Source: an uncultured Pseudomonadota bacterium (lineage in GTDB: Bacteria > Pseudomonadota > Alphaproteobacteria > Rs-D84). From it: a stretch of 64,000 nt of DNA. Positions 45,917 through 57,783 of the stretch are shown here, piece after piece. Position 1 is the first letter of the stretch; each line of letters starts with the position of its first letter. The notes under the pieces are model-generated. The model saw only the letters and a list, made by a program, of their open reading frames with translations, did not search any database and was not told the DNA's origin. Location: assembly GCA_902798205.1 (NCBI GenBank), contig CADBVV010000002.1:2056-66055 (forward strand). The letters are read 5' to 3'. A program made the translations under genes and the position numbers.

Positions 45917-48683
45917 AATCATCCACAACACAAGTGTTCCCGGACTTATGATATCCAGATTCACATGTTTCAAGCACGCATCCACCATATGTTCCATTTA
46001 ATACATTCAGTGATTTAGTTGCTTTATTTGCATGCGAGATACTTGATGCGCAATCAACATTTGTTTCTTTACATTCATTTTGTGATTCAACTAACGAATA
46101 TCCACTTTCACAAGAAGAATACACGCATTGTCCCCATGTTGACCCATCCCATGTCTGTGTTCCAGCTGTTGCATTTGCTGCAACTAAATCAGAACGATAG
46201 CAGGAAACAGTGTCCGCAACACATGTATTACCCGATTTTGTATAATTTGTTTTGCAAGATTGCAATGTACAATTCGACCATGTGTTATCATTATTTAATC
46301 TTCTGGTTGCGGATGCCGCACCTTCTATTTCAGATGTACAATCTGTTGATGTTGCTACGCATTTATTGTCTGTTAATACATACCCTGTATTACATTTTGT
46401 GATATACGCACATGATTCATCAGATGCATTATTTGTGTATCCAGCCAAAGCATTCGCGTCAGATGTACGCAATTGTGCCAAACTACATGCTACACTGGTT
46501 GCGGTTGTTCGTGTCCAACCACGAATTTCCATAATACCCGCATCCTGCAAGCAGGCTTCACGCATTGCTGCAGAATTACCATAACCTTCGGCCGCAATAT
46601 TCCCAAACGATGACGATGCAGAATTCAAAATTTCGCTAATTGTCACAACATTACGACATGTATTCAATGTGTAATCTTGACTGTTAAAGCAGTTTGAATT
46701 ATCCGGTTTGTCAATAACAGCATGGAATTGCGATGTCGAAGGACTGCAAATCATTGTTTCATAACAATGAGGAACTTGTGCAGCCTGGGCGCAATATGTC
46801 TTTATACGTGCTTCTGTCCATTGTGCACCGCTGGAAGTAGTATTACTAGATTGTGTTTCATAACAATCTAATATTTCTGATAAACATTCATTAAAGTTAT
46901 CACTTGCAACTGTTGCATCCGCCAACGTTGTTGCAATAAATTCTTGTTTAAATTCAAGACGTTTTTGACGCAAAGCCTGTTCCGCAGCAATTTTCTGATA
47001 GTTTATATTTTGTGCGGTCTTTTGTAAGTTTGCGCCATAAACATCACATGCAGCATTTGCATCCAATAAATATTTTTGCATAATCGAACGACGTGCATCT
47101 GCAACCGGTCCACGCAATGATGCGTATGGATCTGTTGATGTGGTTGTAGTACCACTTCTTAATGTTGATGTTGATGTTGTTGTATAACCAAAACATTGTG
47201 CCAATGATGCAGATGTTGTTGAATCGCCCTTGCTTCTGTCTGCCAAAACAACTTCGCCAGTCGATGTCTTTCCATCTCCAGCTTTTTTAACAGAAACATA
47301 ACTGTTGTAATTGAATGGGCAACTGGTTGTTGCGCCGTTTGCACATTTCACAGAAACCGTTGCACCATCTTCTGTTATGCTTTTTGGTGTTCCGCACGAT
47401 TCATAAATTCCATTAAAGCACGAATCCAAAACACGTCCACAAACATTGTTATGTGCATATTGGAACAAATCATATCCCCATTTATTTGCCAAAGAATCAA
47501 GAGCCGCTTTATTTGAATCAATTGTGGTATTTATACCACTTAAGCCATTAACAACACCTGTTAATGTTGTATATTTACCCAACAAATCATTTTCATTATC
47601 TGCGGTATATTGTTTTGCCAAATCTTTTGCGTCAGCCCAGGCTTTCAATTGAGACAATATATCAGATGAAGAACCGTCAATATTATTTATATCAAACCCA
47701 AAATTATTTCCATTAGTCCCACCAGACGTACAATAATCCGGCTGTGCACAAGTATCACTAAAAAATCCATGCGAATAACACCATTCTTTGACTTTTTCTG
47801 CATCTGCTGTTTTTGAAGTTTTACCATATTGATTCATTGTTTCTTTATATGATACACAATTCATAACTTTTTCTGCATCTGTTAAAGAAAAAGCAGCAGC
47901 CAGATCATCACCTTTACCCTTTGTTGCGATCAACAGCGACAATTGACCAGATAACTTAATTAATTCTTCATTCGCCTTTTCCAACAAAGTCTCTGCTTCT
48001 AAGAAATTTGTTGCACGACCAGCACAAGAACAACGTCCTTTGGTATCGCTTCTGGCTGTGCAAATTTCATCCATACATGTATAATATGATTCCATACAAT
48101 TTGAATACGCGTCCGCGGCTATCAAACCTGTGCTGGAATCTATGATATTTGAATAAGAACCAGTATATAAACTGCTGGCCAAATAAGAATAAGACGTAGA
48201 TGTGCCTGCGCGATTACCAGCTATCACCGAACCTGTCGCACTTACACGCGATGGAGTATTCGCGGTTCTGGCACGCACAGCACGATTTGAACGTGCATTT
48301 GTTGCAACCTGATTACGTGCCGTTACACCACGTGATGCAGTTGGGGTTACAGAATTTATAGAACGAACCGATGCACCCCCACGTGAAGACACTGTTCTGT
48401 TTGCGACATTTCCACGTGATGTTGTCACACGTGATGCACTTTGTGTTGTTGGGGTAACCGCCACACGTGATACAGTACTGCGTGCAGTGCTTAAACGATT
48501 ATTTGACATGGCGCGCGGACTGATACGGCTATTACGTTGTGGTAATGTATTCGCCGGCGCAATCGGATCAGCAAACACCGAACGCATTGATACAAATGTC
48601 GAACACACAAAAAACGCAGCAGCCAACAAGAACACTGTTCCCATCGCATTTTTGCAAGAATTTGCATTTATCCGAAATGTCAT
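45915..48683 (-). CDS. Large secreted cysteine-rich protein, family member 3 (922 aa), with C-terminal C-x2-GY-x(6-8)-C repeats
   Basis: Signal peptide ..MGTVFLLAAAFFVCSTFVSMRSVFA. A long Arg/Ser/Thr/Val-rich tract follows (..SRVTTSRGNVANRTVSSRGGASVRSINS..), then the Cys motif CMESYYTCMDEICTARSDTKGRCSC. The C-terminus holds repeats such as CNTGYVLTDNKC, CKTNYTKSGNTC, CESGYSLVESQNEC and CESGYHKSGNTC. Confidence 0.75.
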   Translation of the reverse strand: MTFRINANSCKNAMGTVFLLAAAFFVCSTFVSMRSVFADPIAPANTLPQRNSRISPRAMSNNRLSTARSTVSRVAVTPTTQSASRVTTSRGNVANRTVSSRGGASVRSINSVTPTASRGVTARNQVATNARSNRAVRARTANTPSRVSATGSVIAGNRAGTSTSYSYLASSLYTGSYSNIIDSSTGLIAADAYSNCMESYYTCMDEICTARSDTKGRCSCAGRATNFLEAETLLEKANEELIKLSGQLSLLIATKGKGDDLAAAFSLTDAEKVMNCVSYKETMNQYGKTSKTADAEKVKEWCYSHGFFSDTCAQPDYCTSGGTNGNNFGFDINNIDGSSSDILSQLKAWADAKDLAKQYTADNENDLLGKYTTLTGVVNGLSGINTTIDSNKAALDSLANKWGYDLFQYAHNNVCGRVLDSCFNGIYESCGTPKSITEDGATVSVKCANGATTSCPFNYNSYVSVKKAGDGKTSTGEVVLADRSKGDSTTSASLAQCFGYTTTSTSTLRSGTTTTSTDPYASLRGPVADARRSIMQKYLLDANAACDVYGANLQKTAQNINYQKIAAEQALRQKRLEFKQEFIATTLADATVASDNFNECLSEILDCYETQSSNTTSSGAQWTEARIKTYCAQAAQVPHCYETMICSPSTSQFHAVIDKPDNSNCFNSQDYTLNTCRNVVTISEILNSASSSFGNIAAEGYGNSAAMREACLQDAGIMEIRGWTRTTATSVACSLAQLRTSDANALAGYTNNASDESCAYITKCNTGYVLTDNKCVATSTDCTSEIEGAASATRRLNNDNTWSNCTLQSCKTNYTKSGNTCVADTVSCYRSDLVAANATAGTQTWDGSTWGQCVYSSCESGYSLVESQNECKETNVDCASSISHANKATKSLNVLNGTYGGCVLETCESGYHKSGNTCVVDD

Positions 48684-48889
48684 AATTTTCTCCTGTTATA
48701 CAAGTACGCAAAATCGCCCTGATTTCAGGCAATTTTGTGTAGAATCTTCCTTCACTTAAGGAAATTATAACATTTTTGGTCGTCTGTGTAAACAACAAAA
48801 ATCGCCCCTTTGTATAAAATCCAGATATATTTCGTTAGACAAAAAAAATTAAAACATTATAATTCGACAGAAAGAACAAGGAAGACAAA

Positions 48890-49453
48890 ATGAAAAAGAT
48901 TACAATTGCTTTACTTTTATCAATATTAACATTACCAACATTTGCCGAAACCAATAAAACGAATGTTATGTTTGGTGACAAAATAAATTCTATCACACTT
49001 TATGCAACACAATCTACCGGTCCGGGCACACTGTTTAAATTGATAAACCCGACAATTTGGGATTTTTATCCGCAAACATTGGTATTATTCCAATACAGTC
49101 AACCAATGCAATTTTTCCGTCTTGATTCGCGTTTAAACTTTAATTTGACACAAAATTTTGCATACAATGACGACAAGGGTCTTTCATTTTTCGCCGCATC
49201 TGTTTCAATAGATACTGCATTGTTGCAATATCATAATTGGTATCTTGGGATTGGTATTGGACCATATATGCGTGATTCACGCGATCACTGGGTTGAAAGC
49301 CGTTTAGTATTTGGTGAAAAATTCTTTATTGGTAAAAGTTTAAACGAAAACTGGAATTTTGAATTATACACAATTCATTTTTCAAACGGTAATTTCACAA
49401 ACGCAAATGAAGGCTTTAACTTTGTTGGATTTGGCGTTGGGTATAAATTCTAA
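48890..49453 (+). CDS. Small outer-membrane beta-barrel, PagL-like lipid A deacylase (acyloxyacyl hydrolase family)
   Basis: 187 aa with signal peptide MKKITIALLLSILTLPTFA. A H-x-S-N-G motif (IHFSNGN) lies near the C-terminus, as in the PagL catalytic His/Ser pair. The C-terminal GVGYKF has the aromatic terminus of OM barrels. Confidence 0.55.
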   Translation: MKKITIALLLSILTLPTFAETNKTNVMFGDKINSITLYATQSTGPGTLFKLINPTIWDFYPQTLVLFQYSQPMQFFRLDSRLNFNLTQNFAYNDDKGLSFFAASVSIDTALLQYHNWYLGIGIGPYMRDSRDHWVESRLVFGEKFFIGKSLNENWNFELYTIHFSNGNFTNANEGFNFVGFGVGYKF

Positions 49454-49681
49454 GTATTTATGAATACGTACCTGTGGCAATCACAACAAAAATATTACAT
49501 AATGATATTGTTCAAGACACAGCAGGAATTAAACGTATCCTGAGTGACTGAACCCAGCAATACCCCACATACTGTGGAAAGTGGTGTTGCAAAAAACCGC
49601 CCGCTTAATGTGGCTTTATCCCCGTAATTACGCGCGGGACGAAGGCCTCCTAGCTGGGCGGTTCTTGTTTTAATTTATAAA

Positions 49682-50056
49682 TTAACAACCGTGATTACAT
49701 GCCGGTTTAACACGTGTGTATGTTGTTGTTGGAACATATTGTACAACTGGTTCATATTGTTGCACTGTTTCACGAACAAAATATTCACGTTTTACAACTT
49801 CTTCGTGTTTATCGCAACCACAACCACATGTGTTGTATGGTTTCAAAGCTTTTGGTGCAGGCTTTTCAATTGTGCGAACAATGCCATTATCGCATTCTAC
49901 AATTGTGATAACAGCACGTTTTGTGGCAGCAGCACGATCCAGCGCAGCACGCATTTCGTGTTCATCACAAGTATTCAAAGATTCACGGTAAACATCTGCA
50001 ACTGCAATTGTGGAAAACATTGATGCAATCAAAGACAAAAGAACAAATTTTTTCAT
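49682..50056 (-). CDS. Small hypothetical secreted cysteine-containing protein
   Basis: 124 aa with signal peptide MKKFVLLSLIASMFSTIAVA. Cys motifs include CGCGC and a C-terminal ..CNHGC. Confidence 0.55.
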   Translation of the reverse strand: MKKFVLLSLIASMFSTIAVADVYRESLNTCDEHEMRAALDRAAATKRAVITIVECDNGIVRTIEKPAPKALKPYNTCGCGCDKHEEVVKREYFVRETVQQYEPVVQYVPTTTYTRVKPACNHGC

Positions 50057-50165
50057 TTTGGTATACCTTTATTTTGTTCTCTCTCACGATTTATCATAGA
50101 CTATATTTTCGCATTATCAATAAAAATATTCTGAATTTATACCTGTGGCAAAATAGAGCAGAAAT

Positions 50166-50657
50166 ATGTATAAAACACAAATGATGAAAACAAATTCTGG
50201 ATATCGGTCCGCAATTATTTTGGGCATGCATGATGCAATCGTTTCTTTGACAGGATTGATTGCCGGGCTTTCTTTTGCCTTTACCGCAAACAATATAATT
50301 ATCGTATCTTGCATAATATCATCAATCACAGCATCTCTTTCCATGGGGGCAGCGAATTATTTGGCGGTAAAATCTGTAAATCGTGAAAACGCGTTAAAAT
50401 CGGCAATTTATACATTTATCGCATATATGATTACTTGTATTTTATTGATATCGCCATTTTTTGTTTTCGAAAGCCGTATAACAACACTTTCTATGGTTGT
50501 TTTAATGGCAATATTGATAATATTTTTCTTTAATCTGTTTTTTTATCGTGGTCGCATATTTCAAAATCACTTTTTTGAAATGCTTTCCATTTGCACCATT
50601 GTTTCCATTGTCGCTTTCTTTATCGGGGAAATCGCACATCAGATATTCGGAATATAA
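50166..50657 (+). CDS. VIT1/CCC1-family membrane protein (putative iron/manganese transporter, short form)
   Basis: 163 aa. ..AIILGMHDAIVSLTGLIAGL.. and ..SLSMGAANYLAVKS.. match the VIT family pattern. Several TM helices. Confidence 0.6.
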   Translation: MYKTQMMKTNSGYRSAIILGMHDAIVSLTGLIAGLSFAFTANNIIIVSCIISSITASLSMGAANYLAVKSVNRENALKSAIYTFIAYMITCILLISPFFVFESRITTLSMVVLMAILIIFFFNLFFYRGRIFQNHFFEMLSICTIVSIVAFFIGEIAHQIFGI

Positions 50658-50683
50658 AAAACCGCCTATTTAGGCGGTTTTTA
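50655..50683. terminator. Bidirectional terminator
   Basis: aaaaAACCGCCTatttAGGCGGTTttt, between the convergent genes ending at 50657 and 50681. Confidence 0.7.
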
Positions 50684-51019
50684 TCGAACTTTTTGAAACA
50701 CTTGTTTTATTCTATTTGATAATCTTTGGGCAATAAATTTAAATGGTGGTAATATTAGTATAGAACCGGTTAATTCACGCATTCTAAAATACAAATCCCA
50801 TAACTCTTTGTCTATATCAAATTCAGAACCATCTATAACGAATTTATCACCTTTAAAATGAATATTATGCCAATATATTCCATCAGCCCATTTAATTTCG
50901 CTTCCGTTTACTGTGACAGTCTCTGGTTCATATTTATACATTTTAATAAAACGCTTCATCCAGGTTATTGCTTTTGCTCTATTATTGTGAATAATTTCAT
51001 CATCTACTACCATTACCAT
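50681..51019 (-). CDS. Hypothetical protein, short paralog of the 51412..52209 product, ending in QKVR
   Basis: 112 aa. ..AITWMKRFIKMYKYEPETVTVNGSEIKW...HNIHFKGDKFVIDGSEFDIDKELWDLYFRMRELTGS.. aligns with the N-terminal half of the 265-aa ORF. Confidence 0.6.
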   Translation of the reverse strand: MVMVVDDEIIHNNRAKAITWMKRFIKMYKYEPETVTVNGSEIKWADGIYWHNIHFKGDKFVIDGSEFDIDKELWDLYFRMRELTGSILILPPFKFIAQRLSNRIKQVFQKVR

Positions 51020-51083
51020 AATAAAAACCTTTTTGTTTATTCTCTCTTGATATTTATCATAGACTATATTTTCAATATATCAA

Positions 51084-51116
51084 CAAAAAACCGCCCAAAC
51101 GGGCGGTTGTTCTTTA
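51084..51116 (-). terminator. Rho-independent terminator after the 95-aa ORF
   Basis: On the minus strand: AACCGCCCgtttGGGCGGTTtttt. Confidence 0.7.
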
Positions 51117-51401
51117 TCTTGCTTGTACAGTTTTTTCTATCATTGCTGTAATTTTTGGAAATCTACTTCTGTCAAAAACAAAACATTCTTTTAATTGTTT
51201 GATACGCGGGCCTTTCTTAGAATCAGATACAACAGGTATGTTTAATTCTTTCAGTATTTCACAAAACTTTTCTCTTTTACCCGCCTTTGGAAAGGCAGCA
51301 ACATTCCATACAATACTTCCTTTTTCAAAGGTTGGAAACAAACCATAATCTTCCGTGATTTCACAAAGATTGGTTTCTAAATAATCATATTTATTATTCA
51401 T
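51114..51401 (-). CDS. Hypothetical protein
   Basis: 95-aa ORF starting 10 nt downstream of the 265-aa ORF, so probably co-transcribed. No motif recognised. Confidence 0.5.
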   Translation of the reverse strand: MNNKYDYLETNLCEITEDYGLFPTFEKGSIVWNVAAFPKAGKREKFCEILKELNIPVVSDSKKGPRIKQLKECFVFDRSRFPKITAMIEKTVQAR

Positions 51402-51411
51402 ACAAAATCCT

Positions 51412-52209
51412 TTATCTTACTTTTACGCTGTCATTATAATTTATCGTTTTCTGTTGTTCTTTGTGCAAAGAATCAATAACTTCATTTATGATTTCTTGTT
51501 TCAATTGTTGTTTAGATTGTTTTGCACTTTTATCAGAATAAGTCGCCATTAAATAAACAAATATAAATAACGCTGTAACGGTGACACCACCAAGTGTTCC
51601 ATCTTTTACATTATCTTTGTTATCTTTCCACCAATTGTTTGCTTTTTGTTTAAAAGGTAATTTATACATCTTGCAAATATGCATCAATTCTGCCAATTCT
51701 TTTGCTTTACCTTTGTTACGATAATATTTTTTATTGTTTATTGTGTAATAAGTGCGACCATTGGCGACATTACCTTCGGTACTGCGTGATATCACAACAT
51801 TATCTATTTTGATACTATTATCATCTGGTTGTGATATTTCATATTTTTTATAATTTTTTTGCAAATATTGTATATTTTCCAAAACTTGTTCTTCTGATAA
51901 ATCTGACCAATCATTTGGAAACGCAATTTTCTTTGGTGCACGAACATACCAAGAACCAGTTATTTCACGCATTTTTAAATATTTTTTCCATAATTTAGCA
52001 TTTATAAAAACTTCATCACCATCAATTATAAATCTGTCTTTTTTTAATTCTATGCTATGTACTTTGAAATCACCAGTCCATGTAATTTTTTTACCGTCAA
52101 CAATTACACCATTATCTGTACCATATTTATATTCTTTTATAAAACGATCCATCCACATCATCGCTGCTGATTCACGTGGAATAATAATTTCAATATCTTC
52201 AATTTCCAT
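51412..52209 (-). CDS. Hypothetical membrane-anchored protein: N-terminal paralog domain, one TM, and a tail ending in VKVR
   Basis: 265 aa. The N-terminus ..AMMWMDRFIKEYKYGTDNGVIVDGKKITW...HSIELKKDRFIIDGDEVFINAKLWKKYLKMREITGS.. is paralogous to 50681..51019. TM GGVTVTALFIFVYLMATY is followed by a Gln/Lys-rich tail ..INYNDSVKVR*. Confidence 0.6.
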   Translation of the reverse strand: MEIEDIEIIIPRESAAMMWMDRFIKEYKYGTDNGVIVDGKKITWTGDFKVHSIELKKDRFIIDGDEVFINAKLWKKYLKMREITGSWYVRAPKKIAFPNDWSDLSEEQVLENIQYLQKNYKKYEISQPDDNSIKIDNVVISRSTEGNVANGRTYYTINNKKYYRNKGKAKELAELMHICKMYKLPFKQKANNWWKDNKDNVKDGTLGGVTVTALFIFVYLMATYSDKSAKQSKQQLKQEIINEVIDSLHKEQQKTINYNDSVKVR

Positions 52210-52274
52210 ATAAAAGCCTCTTATTTATTGCACGTATAATTGCATAAAATCGCACAAAGTCAACTTTTATCGTA

Positions 52275-52304
52275 TAAAAACACCGCCTAAACGGCGGTTT
52301 TTTA
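52275..52304 (-). terminator. Rho-independent terminator after the 80-aa ORF
   Basis: On the minus strand: AACCGCCgtttaGGCGGTGttttt. Confidence 0.7.
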
Positions 52305-52544
52305 ACGAATTTTTTGATTTATTGAATCATTAAATAAAACAGTATTTGTTTGTTTTACTTCTTGAATCTGTTTAACGGTTTGTATCGCAGTATTAGCATC
52401 AACTTGATTATTCTTGTTTCCAAACGCAGCAAAAGTAAATGTAAATACCATAAGACCAAAATAAAATATATCTGGCGTTTTTTCTTTTATTTTATCTTTA
52501 AATGTTGTTGGTTGAAACAAATCATTATCTTCATCATATGTCAT
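52302..52544 (-). CDS. Small single-TM protein ending in QKIR
   Basis: About 80 aa from MTYDEDND; the track ORF starts at 52565. TM FYFGLMVFTFTFAAF and tail ..QIQEVKQTNTVLFNDSINQKIR*. Confidence 0.5.
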   Translation of the reverse strand: MTYDEDNDLFQPTTFKDKIKEKTPDIFYFGLMVFTFTFAAFGNKNNQVDANTAIQTVKQIQEVKQTNTVLFNDSINQKIR

Positions 52545-52545
52545 T

Positions 52546-52755
52546 TTATCTGACCTTTTGTCCAAATTTGATATTTTTTAATGTATTATTTTTTAAGTCT
52601 TGGACTTTTTTTGTTTCTGTTTTTTTGTTGTTTGTCCATTTGTTAACCATATTTGAACAACTTTGATTCAAAGACATAACAAAAACAGAACAAATAATAC
52701 CTATGGCTATTGTTTCAATTGCCTGTCTTATTTCTTGTTTATTTTTTTCTTTCAT
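52546..52755 (-). CDS. Small single-TM protein ending in QKVR
   Basis: About 69 aa from MKEKNKQEI, which has an AAAAGG RBS. The track start at 52791 lies inside the rRNA-operon terminator. TM IAIGIICSVFVMSL and tail ..KNNTLKNIKFGQKVR*. Confidence 0.5.
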   Translation of the reverse strand: MKEKNKQEIRQAIETIAIGIICSVFVMSLNQSCSNMVNKWTNNKKTETKKVQDLKNNTLKNIKFGQKVR

Positions 52756-52777
52756 ATTATACAAACCTTTTTCCCAA

Positions 52778-52802
52778 TAAAAAACCGCCACTTGGGCGGT
52801 TC
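52778..52802 (-). terminator. Rho-independent terminator of the rRNA operon (downstream of 5S)
   Basis: On the minus strand: ACCGCCCaagtGGCGGTtttttt. Confidence 0.65.
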
Positions 52803-52832
52803 AAAACGGTTTTTATATCGATCTAGATTTAA

Positions 52833-52948
52833 TTCTGGCGACGACCTACTCTTCCGTGACTTAAGTCAAAGTACCATCGGCGATACGGCTTTTCCCTGTC
52901 TGGTTCGGAATGGAACAGAGGGTTTCGTCCGCTCTATAATCACCAGAA
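52833..52948 (-). rRNA. rrf: 5S ribosomal RNA
   Basis: The reverse complement reads TCTGGTGATTATAGAGCGG...CCATTCCGAACC...GCCGATGGTACT...AGTAGGTCGTCGCCAGAA. Conserved 5S loop sequences are present and the terminal helix pairs. The flanking inverted repeat atctagatttaa/ttaaatctag extends the stem. Confidence 0.92.
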
Positions 52949-53042
52949 TTAAATCTAGCGAACATATAATAATCTAAAAATTTCTATTGTCAAGAATCTT
53001 TAACACTCTCTTCAAGCATATCGTTTGAAATAATCAAACGAT

Positions 53043-55798
<2,756 letters not shown>

Positions 55799-56091
55799 AT
55801 GCTTGAAGAGAATGTCTTCAAGATAATCTTAAAAGAAACTTGAAATGAGTTTTTTAAGCATTTAAGTTGATTCTTGCTTTCTTTGAATTGAATTATCACT
55901 TTCGTGATTACTCTTCAGAAAGAATATTTTGAGATTACGATGTTCAACAAATCAAATCTTTCGATTTAACTTGCGACATAAAAACCGATTAACAATATTT
56001 TGCTATAAAAGCAGATTCCATTGGATATTCCGTGGAATATTTGGAATCAAAAATGAAAAATCATTTTTGATTCTAACCTCATCTAAAAAAC

Positions 56092-56168
56092 TGGTGGGTC
56101 AGGAAGAACTCGAATCTTCGACCTTCGCTGTATCAGAGCGACATTCTAACCAACTGAACTACTGACCC
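56092..56168 (-). tRNA. tRNA-Ile (anticodon GAU) in the 16S-23S spacer
   Basis: Reverse complement: GGGTCAGTAGTTCAGTTGGTTAGAATGTCGCTCTGATACAGCGAAGGTCGAAGATTCGAGTTCTTCCTGACCCACCA. The cloverleaf folds, the anticodon loop is CT-GAT-AC, and CCA is encoded. Confidence 0.93.
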
Positions 56169-56280
56169 ATAGAAACATTCTGATTTCAAGCCATTAGTTC
56201 TGCTGATACCAGAATCATCAAAAAGAGATATTCAGACAGTCGTATTTGGTGACCACTTTCGTGTAAGTGGTTTTCTCTAT

Positions 56281-57783
<1,503 letters not shown>

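Noticed and set aside
40238-47652. Plus-strand ORFs inside the cysteine-rich protein genes (for example 40238..40771, 44319..45077, 45174..45521, 46019..46402)
   Set aside because: Their His/Leu/Gln/Tyr-rich odd composition arises from reading the antisense of Cys/Gln/Ala-rich genes. They lack RBS context, and the minus-strand ORFs are long and have signal peptides.
49575-49640. Possible fluoride (crcB) riboswitch: ..GTGGTGTTGCAAAAAACCGCCCGCTTAATGTGGC.. vaguely recalls the AAACnGC...GCUnAUGA core
   Set aside because: The match to the conserved nucleotides is poor. The element lies between convergent genes with no downstream gene to regulate, and no crcB-type or other fluoride-related gene follows.
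49471-50150. 12-nt repeat tacctgtggcaa (49471 and 50139), considered as a sigma-54 (-24 TGGCAC / -12 TTGC) promoter
   Set aside because: The spacing and the -12 element do not fit (TGGCAA followed by tcaca/aatag). Two copies of a 12-mer in 64 kb of biased sequence is weak evidence. It is kept only as a note.
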